64,000 nucleotides of DNA from Camelus ferus (Eukaryota). Positions 39,410 to 53,402 of the stretch are shown here, in pieces. The stretch covers positions 90,956,001 to 91,020,000 of the forward strand of contig NC_045697.1 in NCBI RefSeq assembly GCF_009834535.1, given 5' to 3'. The notes below the pieces were generated by a model, which saw only the letters and a program-made list of their open reading frames with translations, had not been told where the DNA came from and made no database searches. Position numbers and translations under genes: made by a program. Position 1 is the stretch's first letter. The number at the start of each line of letters is the position of its first letter.

Positions 39410-41800
39410 CAAAGAATTCTTCTAGGTTTTTTGGGGATATAAAAATTAATAAGACATGACTCCTATCTTCAAGGAGCTTATTACGTAGTACGGAAGGCTG
39501 ATATGTAAGCCCTTAATTATAATAGAATAAAATAAAAGTCATGAAAATATAACCATTGAGGAAATACTAGAGAAAGAATGATCAAATTCAACCCAGAAGA
39601 TCAAGGAAGACTTCTCAAAAGATTAGAACTAAAAAAAAAAAAGAAAATTTGAGCTGGACTTTGAAGCCTGGTCAGAATTCGGCAGCTGTAGTTGGGGATG
39701 AAAGCACTACAGGCAAAAGGAAGCACATGAATAAAGACAGAAAGGTGCGAAACACAGGGTGTATAAAGAAAACATTAGTAGAAATTTGGTCATAGGTGCA
39801 GGGCTCTGATTGCCAGGCTAAGGAGTCTGCTCCACTCAGTAAGTACCAGGGATCTATTATATAATCTTGAGTAGGGAAATGAGACGATCAGGGATGATTT
39901 TAGGAAAGTAGACTTCACAAGAATGAAGTGGGAAGAGAGTGAGGTGAATAGAGTACTAAAGAGGCTATTGTGGGGCTCTTAACAAGAGCCAGTGTGGGTC
40001 TGGTGAGGGGCTTGGCAGTGGGAGTAGAAAGGACATTGAAGGACTTTGTGGAAGTAGTCCTTATTCTTGATAGTGGAATATGGGAAGGGTACAAAGAAAC
40101 AAGAAAGATTTCTATGATCTGAAGCCTCAATAACTGGGAGAATGGTAGCATCATTATAGAAATAGGGAAGAGAGGGTGAGGAAGTGGTTTGGGATGGAAG
40201 ATGGGGTAGTTTCAAATATTTGAGACTGAGGGGCCAACTGGCTGTCAAGGGAGATATGTATATTTGGGTCTGGGATTCTGCTGTGAATATAGTTCACAGA
40301 TTTAGATTTGAGAGTCATTTGCATGGGAAGTAGGGGACAGGTTAACTGTTTATTGTACTATATGCCTGTTATTTTCTAGGTCCCTAGATAAGATTCTTTA
40401 TATACTGTAGCATTCAGTTCACATAACAACAGCAATGAAACTGAGACCCAGAGAGGTTGATTGGTTTGCTTATGTTCACACAGTTCATTTATCTCATCAC
40501 TGTTGAAGACCTACTATTTGTCAGATCCTGTTCTATTAAGAGGCAAAACCTAGGTCAGTTCTGTTTCTAAACTTGTTCTTACTCCATGAGGAAATAAAGG
40601 ATAGGTTAGGTCTATATGTGAATAAAAGTAGGGTGAAAATAACATGAAGATACAATCTAGGGAAACACCAATCTTTGGAGAGTTAGGGGAGGAGGAGAAA
40701 GGCCCAGAGGAAGACAGATAGGGCACAGGTAAAGGGAGGAAGGAAAGCAGGATAGCATGATGTCTCAGAAGAGGAGAGAGCTAGAACTGGAAGGAAGAAA
40801 TATTTGTCCAGCAAACAGCGTCAAATGCTGCAGAGAGCAAGGATATGAAAAATGAGCAAAAGTCTCTCAATTTGGTAGTGAATTGAGATGAATTCCAGAA
40901 AAATGAGAAAACACTAGCATCAGCATAGCAATGTGTATAGAAGCCAGATTTCATAGAATTAAGGAATAAGCGGGTGAAGAAATAGAGGCAATGGGTAGAG
41001 ATAATTTGGTAAACAAGGGGAAAGACAGTGATTGACAAAGTGGGAAGGGTAGGAGACCAAGGGGCTGGGAATTCTAGGGAGGTAATGAATTATCTGACCA
41101 TTGGAAAGGCAAATCAAGCTAAACTAAGATTATGGGATTTGGGGCTGTTATGAAGATCAGGGGGCAGTGGGATGGAAAGATAAGAAATTTGGGGAGATGG
41201 CAGGTTATGGTCTTAAAGGGTAAATTCAATTTCACTTTAAGAACATAGAAACAGGTATGGATGATAAAGAAAGCTAAGGTTTGACTATGTTGAAAGGAGG
41301 CTAAGCTGAAATGAAGATAGAATTTGTGGGAATTAAAGAGGAGGGAGGCCAGGAACTTGACATGATCATCAATGGGCATGGATCTTCCCAAGTGCAGAGG
41401 AAGATCCTGGGATGTTGGTGGAGGACTGGGTATGGACAAAGACATATATCCTGGTCTGAAGCAATTGGTGAGGATCCTTTAGGTCTACAGACGACCATGA
41501 AGAGGGGTGGCACATAGTGTGGAAATCAAGTAGCCTTCACCTGAGATTAGGAGAGGTGATTAAATAAAGGTCTTAAAAAACAGGATAGTCAGTGAGAGAG
41601 AGGCATAAAGAATACTTATTCACATTGGAAGGAGCTCTAGAAGATAAACTGAAGAAGTAGATTAAGTGAAATAAGACGGTTGATAGCAGGAGTACATATG
41701 GATGGGGGTGAAAATGCTGGGGGCTGGTAGAATGGAGAGGAAGAGGGTGACAGAAACACTTGAGAGGAGGCTGAAGGGAATGAGGAGTTCTGAAAAAGCC
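39410..41800 (-). mobile_element. Long degraded LINE-2 (with an internal MIR)
   Basis: Extended purine-rich tract with L2 motifs (GAGAGTCAT, GTCAAATGCTGCAGAGAG, AGAAGCCAGATT). Boundaries approximate. Confidence 0.6.
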
Positions 41801-42937
41801 TAATGGATTGCTGGTGAAGTCAAAGTTCTGTGTGTGCCTGAAAGTGGTTTTAAACCTAACTACCATAGGTAAATATAGCTCAAGTGTGCCATACCATATA
41901 AATATTCGGGCATACAGAATGGAGAGGTTGTACAACAATGCTTGGGATGCTTACTTTGGATTGACTAATCAAGGAACAGTCGTCAACCTGAAAAGGTCGG
42001 GAGAATTCTCTCTCTCTTTTTAATGGAACAAATGTCACCACACATCAACTTTGTTTTAAAAGTTGAGGTAGCTATGTAAATAATTCTGTGCCCTGGAGGA
42101 ATAATCCTCACACTATTTTGGGATAATTTTACTCTCTTTGAAATACTTTAGAATTATTTAACAAGTTCTCATTTTCCTGGATAACTGCCTTGCCAGTTTT
42201 AAGAAGTGCAAAATAGTTTTGTATGCATGTGTGTTTGGGTGTGGGTGTGGGTGTGGGTGTGGTGTTTAATAAGAAAGCAATGTAGGTTTGTGGAAAGAAG
42301 TTCACCCAAATAAGCCAACTTTTAAAATAACCCCCTTTCTTCTGAATTTCAGGAACCACCCCCCATGGTTATGTGTGGACAGAGTGGTGTTCACAGAGTT
42401 GATACAATACAGGATCTGGCATTGGATGTCCTGCACATAAGACCAGCCTTATCATATATTATTGGAGTGACTTGGTGAAGCTACTTAACCTTCTTCAGCT
42501 TGAGTTTCTTCATTTGTAAAATGAGAATGGAAACAACATCTTCCTTAGAGATTGACTGCATAGGAGGATAAAGTGAGGTAAGGTATTTGAAACTATCACC
42601 TTCGAGTGTTGGATACTAGGAGCTTACTGTTATGATGATTCTCCTCATTGCGGAATTCAGTTGTACATCAAAGTGTGAGAACTTATGCTCCAGGATATGT
42701 CTGCTTTCTCATCTGAGTCTCTGGAATGTCATATAGGTTCTATAACCAGTATTTAAAGGGAGAATAGGGGAAGTCTTACGGTGCACTGAGGGAATCAGTT
42801 CACTACAGGAATTTTAAGTGGCCTTAGGCAAGGACCCTTGAAACTCTGCTCCTAATTCCCTTCTTGAGCTGCCACAATCCACTGGCTGATCCTTCTTGAG
42901 AGACAGTATCAGTTCCTCATCATAATAGAGAGATTAA

Positions 42938-43213
42938 GAGGGTGGGAAGGGATAAATTTGGAGTTCAAGATTTGTGGATACTAACTAATATATATAAAAC
43001 AGATAAACAAGTTCATACTGTATAGCATAGGAAATTATATTCAATATCTTATAGTAACTTATGGTGAAAACGAATATGAAAATGAACATATGTATGTTCA
43101 TGTATGATTGAAGCATTATGCTCTACACCAGAAATTGATACAGTGTTGTAAACTGACTATGCTTCAATAATAAAATATATATATATACTATATATATTAT
43201 ATATGTATAAATA
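42938..43213 (+). mobile_element. Short L1 3' end with AT-rich tail
   Basis: Homologous to the 28258-28500 3'UTR in reverse. Degenerate TSD AATAGAGAGATTAA / AATGGTGAGATTAA. Confidence 0.85.
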
Positions 43214-43784
43214 AATGGTGAGATTAACCCTGATTTAAGAAACTTGTCTTCCTGGCAAGAGCAAGGTTCATGTTCTATTTATAGCAGATCTTGGGACTAG
43301 ATCTCTCTGGCTTTGCCTTTGAACTGATTCCTTTAGTCCAGGGATTTTAAGATCAGTTCTGATTCAGAGGTTAAGATGGCAATTCCAGAGTGGCCTTCTA
43401 ACTCTTCCTTTAGGCCTTTCCTACTTCAAAGCTACATTAGTCTGGAAGCTGTAATAATTTTTTGGATGTAGAAGTTGAGGAATTAGGAAATTAGCTTTTA
43501 TTTAGCTAATTAGATTTCTAAATAAGATTATCCTTTTCACAAGATTATAGCATTGAATTAGTCCAAAAAATCTAGACATTTTTTTTTACCCCCTCAAAGG
43601 GTTACCCAAATCTTACTTATCTCTTCTCCCCACCTTTCTTCTCCTCTCCTTTTCTTTTCTCTCCTGTTTTCTGTTCTCTTCCTTTCCTTTCTCCTTCCTT
43701 CCCTTTTCTCATTCATCTATTATCTATCATCCATCTATCTATTCATCTTTAACTCTCCCTATCCTTTCTTTCTATCTAATCAAT

Positions 43785-43787
43785 CTA

Positions 43788-43880
<93 letters not shown>
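43785..43880. repeat. (TCTA)n tetranucleotide microsatellite
   Basis: About 23 near-perfect units with one interruption. Confidence 0.95.
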
Positions 43881-43881
<1 letters not shown>

Positions 43882-43926
43882 ATGTATCTTTGTCTACCTA
43901 TATTTCGTTTTGTTTTGATGGGATAG

Positions 43927-44094
43927 GAACAAAAGTGATAAAAGAGCAGTAGTTATCTGAAGTTTCAAATATCATTGGAGTTTGTTTGAAATGTTGCATG
44001 AAGGCAGTTCAGTTATACCTATTTTGTATCATTTGTTGAAATAATGGTCAAGGAAGAACAGAACTTTTCTGATGTCCAAAAAGCATAATTCAAA
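43927..44094 (+). pseudogene. Relic exon candidate
   Basis: 168 nt, phase 1-1, donor AA|GTAATG. TKVIKEQ*LSEVSNIIGVCLKCCMKAVQLYLFCIIC*NNGQGRTELF*CPKSIIQ. Confidence 0.5.
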
Positions 44095-44449
44095 GTAATG
44101 GGACAAAATGGAGCAAAGGAAACTTGTTGGTTAAAGGTTAGAATTCCTGGTGACAAGAAAACCGTTATAATCTCCTTTACCTCTCCAAGAGAAGAGAAAC
44201 TAGTGGCTCCAACTCCTCACCTGGCCTCATTTTCCAGTTGCCATAAAACTTTCTGCCCTGAGATAGACTGTGGCCCTTCCATCTGCACCTCCCATCTGGG
44301 GGAGCAACCAGCAGCCCACTGGTGCTCAGGTTGTGACAACAACACAATGAAGGGAGAGACCAGGGTTTGGAGGTCTCAACAGCAATTAGTACTTCCAGTG
44401 AAACAGCTCTTCCCCCAGCCTGCGCTGCTAATTGAACAGCCTCTTGCCT

Positions 44450-46350
44450 AAAGTGACCTGTTCCCTAAGGGACCATCTTCTATTCTGTAGGCCCAGATAT
44501 CCCTGATGAGACACAGGACTAAACAATGACCCTATATCTCCCAGTTGAATACTCTGGATGACACTGGTTACTCACCTTCCTCCAGCTTGTCAGGACTACT
44601 CCCAACAAACCCCATATCCCAGTTACCTCAGGCAACAACCTCCCAGATCATCATCACATGTTGCTTATCTTGAGACTGGTTTCTACCTCCCTAATCTGAC
44701 TCCATCACCTGTGCTTCCCCATCATTTTCACATTCCTCCATTGTACTCACTGGAATTTCTGGTTTGCCATCAGTGAACTCTCCTATGTCCCAGATTCTTC
44801 TCTGAACATTTGTTTCTCCTTCTTCCTCTAACTGAAACCTGGCTGTCCCTCTCAAGTGGAAGATGCCTTTGCTTTTCCCCATTATTTGCCTCAGAACTTG
44901 TAGGTAGAGTATGTGTCTTGTTTTCTATTGATCCTTCCAAACCATCTGTCCTTCTTTGGACTTTGAAAACCCCAGATTTGTTGAGCTCATGTCTTCAGAC
45001 TTTACCACCTAATAACTCTCCTGAATCATCTTCCAGAATCTCTTCGATGTCTTGCATCCCTCTTCAGTGAATTTATCATCTGGTGTCTTTGTTTCCTTCA
45101 TTGTTCCTACAATCTCATCAGTTTTCTTATCAGTGTAGTTGATCCATTCAACATCCTGATCTTTCAGTTTCTTGAACTTCTCAACTCCTATAATCTCTTC
45201 CACCCCACTCTAGCCAGCTATTGCCACTCCCATGGTCACACCATAGACATTACTGGTAGTCATTACCAATAACTTCTTCAAAATCTCTGGAAGGCAAGTA
45301 TTGTCCCACTATCTGATCACCACCTTCTGAGTCTCAATCTCACTTCTACTGATTTCCTTGGAACTATTCTTTGACCCCTTGGGACATTCACTCCATTGAC
45401 CCTACTGTTTTTGTTTGTTTGTTTGTTTGTTTGTTTTTAACTTTCCTTTACCTTCACATTGTCATTTACCTTCCTACTCAGCTAGTTTCCGTGTTCTGGC
45501 ACTTTAGTCACATTTTTAGTAGAAAAGTTGAACTACATTGTCCCTGTCTCATTTCATAGAACTCATTTGAAAAAACCCAACTTTGTGAAACATTTCAGCA
45601 ATGATGTTTGTAGAGAAAGTTTATACAACTATGCTGATTCGATTTGCCTAAAGTTATCCAGCCTAAATCCCAAATGGTATCCAATGCAGCTGGACAATGC
45701 TGGACAATGCTATTATACTTCCCTGACACATTTGCTCTATTACATTCTAGGACAACTTCTCTTCTCAAACCTCCATACTTTCATCCCATTTATATTCTTA
45801 ACCAATTAAATACACTTAACTAAGAACTATCCCATCTTCCTATCCCTAAAACCACCAACCTACCTACATCTGTACCCTCTACATATTTTACTTCTCCTTC
45901 TGTTACATTGGAAATGGTGTTTCCCCTCTTAACATCCAGCCCCTCCTGTTGGTATCTTGGATCACATCCTACGTTTACTTAAGGATCTTGATACTGGAGT
46001 TATATTCTCCCACATTCTTGTTTTTCATTTCATCGTTTAATTATTCCTAACACAATACAAAGATGTATTATTATGGATCATCTTTAAAAATAAGCCTCCC
46101 TTGGTCCTATATCCTCCTTGTATGTTCCATTTCTTTCTCTCTCTTTATACAATCCTTAAGCTATTTGTTTATATTTCCTCTCTCTACTTTCTCACTTCCC
46201 ATTTTTCTTTTTGTAAGCCCATTCCATGTGTACTTTTTGTACCCCCACTCTGCTGAAATTGGTCTTATTAATAACATCTAATCTCCAACTATCAATCTAA
46301 TGGTCAATTTTCTATCCCAATCCTATTTAGCCTCTCTCTAGCATCTGACA
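44450..46350 (+). mobile_element. Long degraded LINE-2
   Basis: Pyrimidine-rich tract with L2 motifs (AACTGAAACCTGGCT, CATGGTCACACCATAGAC, AATGGTCAATTTTC, GCATCTGACACAGT). Boundaries approximate. Confidence 0.6.
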
Positions 46351-46516
46351 CAGTAGACTTCTTTTCTTTCCTCCTCCTCTTTCTTCATCTTCTTTTCATA
46401 TTTAATGATGCTTATTGTTTGCTTCACAAATGAAACATGGTAGTGAATAATTCTGAAGTGATGACTGTAAATAGGTAATGAAATCCTATTGGCAATTCAT
46501 TTTGATTCCTTCATAG

Positions 46517-46620
46517 ATGTAGCTTTCCATTTTGAAATTTCTCAGTGATCTCTTGATAAGTCATGCTTGAAGAATATTTGACATATTTTGAAGGGTAACT
46601 GCTGATTGCTGATTGAGCAG
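46517..46620 (+). pseudogene. Relic exon candidate
   Basis: Acceptor TTTGATTCCTTCATAG, donor CAG|GTAAAT, phase 1-0. VAFHFEISQ*SLDKSCLKNI*HILKGNC*LLIEQ; all three stops are TGA. Confidence 0.6.
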
Positions 46621-48589
46621 GTAAATATTTCTCTTTCCTTCTGGAAACTCTTTGATAAGCCATCACATTTTTCTCCAGATTTTCTCTTATTTTCCTTCTA
46701 CCGGATTCATTGATCTTTTTGGACTTTTGCTGTTTTTTATTCTTTCCTCAACCTCTGTGGTGGAATTCCCCAGCACTGGGAGTGTAGACTCTGGAATCAG
46801 GTAGCTTGGGTTCAAATTCTGATTCTGTCACTTTCTAGCTGTATGACTTTGGGAAATTTACTACATCATCTCCCTCTTTGAAAAATGAAGGAAAAATCAC
46901 AGTACTTGGTTCCTAGAGACATTGTAAGGAATGAATGAATTAATATATGTGGAACATCTTGAATGGTGTCTGTTCTTAGTAAGTGCTATATTAATGGCTG
47001 CTGTTACTGTTCTCCTCGCTTTTTTATTTGGCACTGAAGTGAAAGGGAACTTGATTTTTTAGGTCATAGAGCTGGAAAATGCCAATTAATGGCTGCTAGT
47101 GGTTCTTCTGCCATGTGGAGAAAGTCAACAAGAAAGGAGAACGAGGCCAACACACAAAAGTAGCCAAGAAGAAGTGAGTGGTATAATAGTCAGCATTCTT
47201 GGTTGCGAATGGCAGAATCAATTCCAGGTGGTCCAGCTAAATTAAACAAAAACGGGTTTATTAAAAGATATTAGATACCTTGAGGAATTTCCAGGATTAC
47301 TGGAAAACAGGCTTGATATTTCATTGTCATGTACTTTGCAACCAGGAACAGTAGAGCTGAGAACAATGAATGACTAACCTCACTGAAAAATTGTTCTAGG
47401 AGAAACACCATTCCTACTACCTATTGCTACTTGACATGCTCCCAGTTCAGAAGCTGATGCCAAAATCTGTGCCACTGATGCCCCAGAAGAATAAGACAAC
47501 TTGACCACTGTTATTATCAGAAAACCAGTCACCTGGTGCAAGGCAAACACTGCTTGTTGCTCCTATCTACATTCAAGTCTTGTGTGGTTATATCTGTTTG
47601 ACAAAGCCTAGATTATATGCTTTTCTTCTAGCTGCAAAGTAGTCTGATAAATGTAATTTTTTATATTCTACTTTTGGAAGTCAGGATTCACAATGTGGAA
47701 AACTATAAAAATATAAGAATGGTTGTGAGCAGCTATAAGTGATATATTTCCAACATAGATTTGTGTTGTAGAGAGGAGGATCTGTTGATTTCATGTGAAT
47801 CCCTGGGTCCAGATGCATCTAAGCCTACTCCTTGGACTTTCCTGTTTTATGAGAAGATAAATTTCTTCCTTTAGTTAAAATAGAGTTTTTTGTCAATTCT
47901 ATTTAGTGTTCTTATAGTACAGCCTCCTCTTCTGATCCAAGCTCCACTGTTACGATATACTCTCAATTGATCTTTCCCTCCAGGCCTTGACTCCCTCCCT
48001 TCTGTTCATTTTCTTCTCTTGAGTGAGATAGTCTTTCATAAACATAAGTCTGTTTATGTCACTCTTCTGTGACATAACAGAAGACTTACTGGCTTTCCAG
48101 TGCTTTAGGATAACAACTATAGTCCTAGCACAGTGTACACCTCTCTGTAATCTGGGCCCTGCCCACTTTAGTTTACCTTTTTTGCTGTTTTTTCTGTTCA
48201 AGTCTTGGTAGACATTATTTCATTCTCTAAACATACCACCTTTCCTTTTCACTTTTATCTGTGCCTTCAGACAGACTGTTTCTTGCCCTCAGAGAGCTCC
48301 TTCCATTCTCTCTTATCCTCCTCCTCCTCTTTGCCAACAAACTTCCTTTTATTCATCTTTCAACTAAGATGTTACTTCCTAAATGTCCTTAAAATGAGAG
48401 CTCCATGGGGCCCAGGAATTTGTCTGTTTTGTTCAGTGTTGCATCCCTAGTGCTTAGAGAAGGGAATACTGAGTGAATGAATGGCGGAGGGTGGGGAAAG
48501 GCCTTCAACCTCCCAATTTGGGTGAGGTTTCTTGTTATTTATCCCCGTATCTTTACTTTCACAGTTTGTAATTTGTTTAAATCTGTGTT

Positions 48590-49552
48590 CCATCAAAGGA
48601 ACATCAGCAGAGTGCAAAGACAACCCATGGAAAGGGAGGAAATATTTGCAAATCATTTATCTAATAAGGATTAATATCTAGAATATGGAAAGAATTTCTA
48701 CACTTCAATAAGAACAAAAGAAACAACTCAATTTGAAAATAAGCAAAGAACTTGGATAGATATTTCTTCAAAGAAGATATGCGGATAGTAAGCACGTGAA
48801 AAGATACTCAACGTCATTAACCATTAGGGAAATGCAAATCAAAACCATAATGAGATACGATTTCATACCTGTTAGGATGGCTATTATGGAAAAAAAAATA
48901 CAAGCATTGGTGAGGATGTAGAGAAATTGGAACCCTTGTGCATTACTGGTAGGAATGTAAAATGTTAGAACTTCTGTGAAAAACAATATGGTTGTTTCTA
49001 AAAAATTAAAAATGGATTTACTATATGATCCAACAGTTCTACTTCTGGAAAGAATTGAAAGCAAGGACTTGAACAGATATTAATATACCAGTCTTCCTTC
49101 TGGCATGGTTCAAAAGAGCCAAAAGGTGGAAACAATCCAAATGTCCATTGACAGATGAACATGACAGATAAACAAATGTGGTATATATATATATATAGAC
49201 ACAATGGAATATTATTCAGCCTTAAAAAGGAAAGAAATTCTGACACATGCTGAACCTTGAAGACTAAGTGAAATGAACCAGACATAAAAGGAGAAATATT
49301 GTATGATTCTATTTATATGAAGTATCTTGAGTAATCAAATTAATAGAGATAGAGTGGTGGTTGCCAGGGCCTAGGGGGAAAGGGGAATGGGGAGTCATTT
49401 TTTAATGAGTACAGAGTTTGAGTTTGGAAAAGTGAAAAATTTATGGAAATGAATAGTGGTGATGGTTGCACAACAACCTGAATGTACTTCACTGAGCTAT
49501 ACACCTAAAAATGGTTAAAATGGTAAATTTTGTATTTTACTACAATAAAAAT
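48590..49552 (+). mobile_element. Old L1 3' fragment (L1MA/MB-type)
   Basis: ORF2-end motifs CATTAGGGAAATGCAAATCAAAACC, CCAAATGTCCATTGAC and CAATGGAATATTATTCAGCC, plus a 3'UTR. Confidence 0.88.
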
Positions 49553-49890
49553 GCAGATTAAACAAATCTATATTCCCTGCTAGCTGTAATCTCAATGCGG
49601 GTAGGGACCTTGTCCATCTTGTTCACTAGTGTATCGCCAGCATCTAGCACAGTGTTTGGAACATAGCAGGATTATTTTTTGGTACTGAATGAATGAGTCT
49701 ATAAGAAGTGCTGCAATAGGGGAGAAACCGAACCGTTTTGAGTTGGGTTTCCATTTAGGGAATATTGGCCAAAAATCAATGTAGCATTTTTTGGTGTAGG
49801 TCCTGGCTTTGCTTTCACAAGTTGTCTAAGCCGAAACGGCCTAATCTCTCAGGGTCTTAGTTTCTATGTCTCTAAAATTTGGTATTAGTC

Positions 49891-50469
49891 TGTCAACTGT
49901 TAAAAAAAAAAAAATAACCTATAAGTTGCAAGTTATGTTTTATTTGATAGAATTATGAGGACTTAAGTCCGGGATACAGACTTTCATATAGCTCTCAGGG
50001 ACTGTTCCAAAGAGGTAAGGGAGGAGCCAGGATATACAGTAGTTTTTGCAAAAAACAAACAAAAAAACCCCCCAAAACAATGACAGCAACAACAAAAACA
50101 ACCCAGGTCATAGAACATCAAAAGATTACTGCTAATTAAAGAAAAACCAGACATCTCAAGTTAATGAATTTAGTACTTTTCTGTGTATGGGAAGATGCAA
50201 GAGTCTGGGGTTAAGGAAATTATTCCTTGATATATACTTTAACTCAGGCCAATATCCTATTTTTCTCCATCCTGAATCCCCTCAGGGTGTACTGTGGTGG
50301 TGGTGGTGGGGGTGCTGCAGTGGCTAATGGCTTGATGGCAGGCAGCCTATTTATCTCAGTCCTGAGTTCCCCTCAGGGTGTACTGTTGGGAATGACTACA
50401 GTGGCTGAAGGCTTGGTGGCTGCAACATCCATTGTTTACTGAAATGGCAAGTGACATTCTTTGTCCACA
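49891..50469 (-). mobile_element. ERV1-class solo LTR (MER41-like, artiodactyl type)
   Basis: TG...CA termini, exact 4-bp TSD AGTC (49887-49890, 50470-50473), AATAAA on the minus strand near 49940, MER41-like body. Interrupts a MIR. Confidence 0.88.
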
Positions 50470-50683
50470 AGTCCTTGACCTGCTTCTCACTGGGGTTCTT
50501 GAGAGAATCAAATGATGTGCTCTGTAGGGGGTCTTCTAGTGTAAGGGATTACTCAGCTGCCTTTTGCATGTGTCACAGTCCTGGACTCTTCCCTCAGGTG
50601 ACATCTTTGCTACCCAAACCAGGAGACTTAAACTCATCTCTCTCACCTTGCCTCTCCGCCATTGTCACATCTACCCCGCACAC

Positions 50684-51059
50684 TGGAGCAAAAACATTTG
50701 TATTTAACAGTTTCATATGTTTCTCAAAAAAATTAGCCACTAACCTGAGTACATAATCTATTTGTACCTAAATGACTGATTGGATGTTGAAGGTTGGCTG
50801 CCTTCCGTAACTATAAGCTAGCAGGTCAGTTGTGACCAAGGTGGCGAGACTTGCTTCATTTGGTCCAAATAAAACTTAGTGCTGTGTTCTTTGGGTTTAG
50901 CTTTGCTTACCACACCTTGAATCTTTGTAACACTATGAAATAAGCAGCAGCAAGAGAGTTAAAAGATAAAAATTAAATTAAGAGGCTTACTTTAATTATT
51001 ATAAAATGATTGTGCTAGTGATGTTGCTGCTCAAGAAAGTTTTCAAAGACACAAAGACC
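50684..51059 (+). repeat. 376-bp direct repeat, copy 1
   Basis: Aligns without gaps to 54669-55044 (offset 3985). About 14 mismatches by manual count. Confidence 0.97.
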
Positions 51060-51249
51060 GTGAGTATCTCAGGTGCCATTCTCTCTCCTTCTCTGGAGGC
51101 AGTGGAGCTGCATTGTACTTTAAATGGATGGATCATAAAGCCTTTGTTAAGTTGTCCGTATATCCTTTATGTCTGTACTTATATCAGATTGTAAGCCCCT
51201 AGAGGAGCAGAGCCAAGTTGTTAACTCACATTCACGGTTCTAAATTCAG

Positions 51250-51426
51250 TGCAGTGAGCAGATCGGGTTTATCCTCATGACGATGATGAAGAGGAGTTGG
51301 AAGATTTTTCTTCCATTATATCAAATGCAACTACTGAATTTTATAGGCTCCCTCTTAGAATTTTCTGGGTGGTCTCTTTTTCACTTGAATACCTTATTCC
51401 CCTGGAGTGAAATGCAGGATAGTGAG
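51250..51426 (+). pseudogene. Relic exon candidate, fully open (59 codons)
   Basis: TTCAG|...GAG|GTAAAT, phase 0-0. CSEQIGFILMTMMKRSWKIFLPLYQMQLLNFIGSLLEFSGWSLFHLNTLFPWSEMQDSE. Confidence 0.65.
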
Positions 51427-51496
51427 GTAAATGGTCTGAAAACAAATCTACTGTAATACATTCACTTGGGCTACAAAAATAAAACAACTCAAACCT

Positions 51497-51529
<33 letters not shown>

Positions 51530-52036
51530 AGTCTTTAAATCCAGATGGTAGTAAAATTTGACATTTCAATTCTGTTTGTGAAATTCATTTTGTTTTTAAA
51601 TTGGGAAGAACCATAGAGCTAAAAATTGTTTGAAGTACTGGGAAGGCCTGGTGAGACCTCTTTAAGAGTGCTATTAATAAGGACTTGGTATTTTAAAGTG
51701 AATTTAGAGGCACTGTAGATAGGGATTGCAAATAATGGATATGAATAAGGGCCCTGATATTGAGAAGTAATGTGCTACCCCATACCTAATATGAAGTAGG
51801 TAGAAAATTGGCTTGGACAATGAAAGGAAAAGAGAAATCCAGACAAAAATAGAGACTGTTTTGGTAGCCAAATTTAGTTAATATTTTTTAGAGTTCTTGT
51901 TTTTGTTTATAAGTCTCATTCCAAAAGCTAAATTATCATTCTCAACAAGTCTGTCTTTATAAAGTTCTGAAATTACAGTTTCAGAGGTCTTTTTTATAAA
52001 TAAGGCCTTTTTATAAATAAATATCTACGCTGTAAG

Positions 52037-52092
52037 GATCCGATTTAATCAATTAAACTCAAGATTTAGAAGTCCAGCATGTTCAAAACCAG
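52037..52092 (+). pseudogene. Small relic exon candidate
   Basis: 56 nt, donor CAG|GTAAAA. Phase 0-2 bridges the neighbouring blocks. 2 stops. Confidence 0.4.
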
Positions 52093-52852
52093 GTAAAAAA
52101 GGTCCCCTTACAGAATACTTTGTTGGCAAGTCTTATTTCTGACTGGGTCTGTGCTATATATATTCCTGGAAGAAATCATAGAAGCAAATCAGCATCTATA
52201 TGTTATAAGCAGTGTGTCAGTTAAGTTTCTTTTGGTTGAAAGTGAAGAAAGCTCAACCTAAATGAACCTTAACCTAAATGAATTTAATCAAAGAGGGAAT
52301 TTATTGTCTTTTATAAGTGGCAAGTGCAGTGGGGTGACTGGCTTAACTGTTGCTTGATAAAGGTGCTCCAGAAAATATCTCCAGGGCTGGGTCTTACCTT
52401 ATCTTATCTCTCTTCCGCACATAGACCTCTTTCTTAGATGGAATCTCCCCTCATGGTTGGAAGAAGGCTGTCGCCTCAAAAGATTTCACATTGCCAAGAC
52501 TTTAAGTCTGTTGGGGAGAAGACCTCTCATGCTCAGCAGATGATCAGAAACCGTAGGTCTGGTTCTCAATGCCTGAAGTGGGTCATGTGCTCATCCTGGA
52601 ATCAATCACTTTGTGTAAGAGGATTGAATTTTCTGATTAATTTAGCTCAGTCATCCCTTACACTAGATTTAAGAGTGGTTACAAGTCATTCAAACCACAT
52701 GGCTTGCTTTGGTGGGAAGGTAGTTCCTTTAAGGAGATTCATGATGAATATAGGGACCAATGCAATAAATATCAGCTATAAGTAGTATTTAATTAAAGTA
52801 CTTGAAATTTTAATAGAATATTTACTAATATTGACTGTTTACTGTGTGCTAG

Positions 52853-53137
52853 GATATGCAAAGATGAGCAAGAAAGGTCTTTTCCATCAGATTTGTTACG
52901 GGGAAACCTGGGACACCATCTAATTCTTAAAGGTGAGGCTTCTGTGAGAGCTTTACGTTTCCTGTCTCTCATAGCTTTAATTATGAGAGTCTGAGAACCT
53001 GACTGCTTTGATGTATTGTAGAAAGATATATTAATTGGCTGTTTCCTCCTCACTTTCTCCAGGAAACACACATTCTCTGGAGATGAGGAGAACAAATTTC
53101 TTCATATTTTCTCTTCCTTTTACTAACTACATTCTAT
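52853..53137 (+). pseudogene. Relic exon candidate
   Basis: Acceptor TGTTTACTGTGTGCTAG, 285 nt, phase 2-2. ICKDEQERSFPSDLLRGNLGHHLILKGEASVRALRFLSLIALIMRV*EPDCFDVL*KDILIGCFLLTFSRKHTFSGDEENKFLHIFSSFY*LHS. Confidence 0.55.
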
Positions 53138-53338
53138 GTATACACTAAAAGAAGAAAGTGTTATTTCTGGCATTGGGCTGAAGGAAATTCCTCTCTGTGT
53201 GTATCGCTGCTGTATACATAAACTGTATATTTTTGTGTGCAGTGACGGTTATAATTTCCTTCACTGGCTCTGGTTCAGGTTCTTTTCTCTCTGATGATTT
53301 TTTCTTCCATATCTCTTCTCCTCCTCCATAAAGGCATA

Positions 53339-53339
<1 letters not shown>

Positions 53340-53373
<34 letters not shown>

Positions 53374-53402
53374 TATATGTGCATGTGTGTGTGCATATGT
53401 GT
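53340..53402. repeat. (TG)n microsatellite
   Basis: Directly visible. Confidence 0.9.

Noticed and set aside
52793..53095. Minus-strand 100-aa ORF (likewise 20771..21103)
   Set aside because: No start context or homology. Better explained as antisense shadows of + strand relic exons, or chance.
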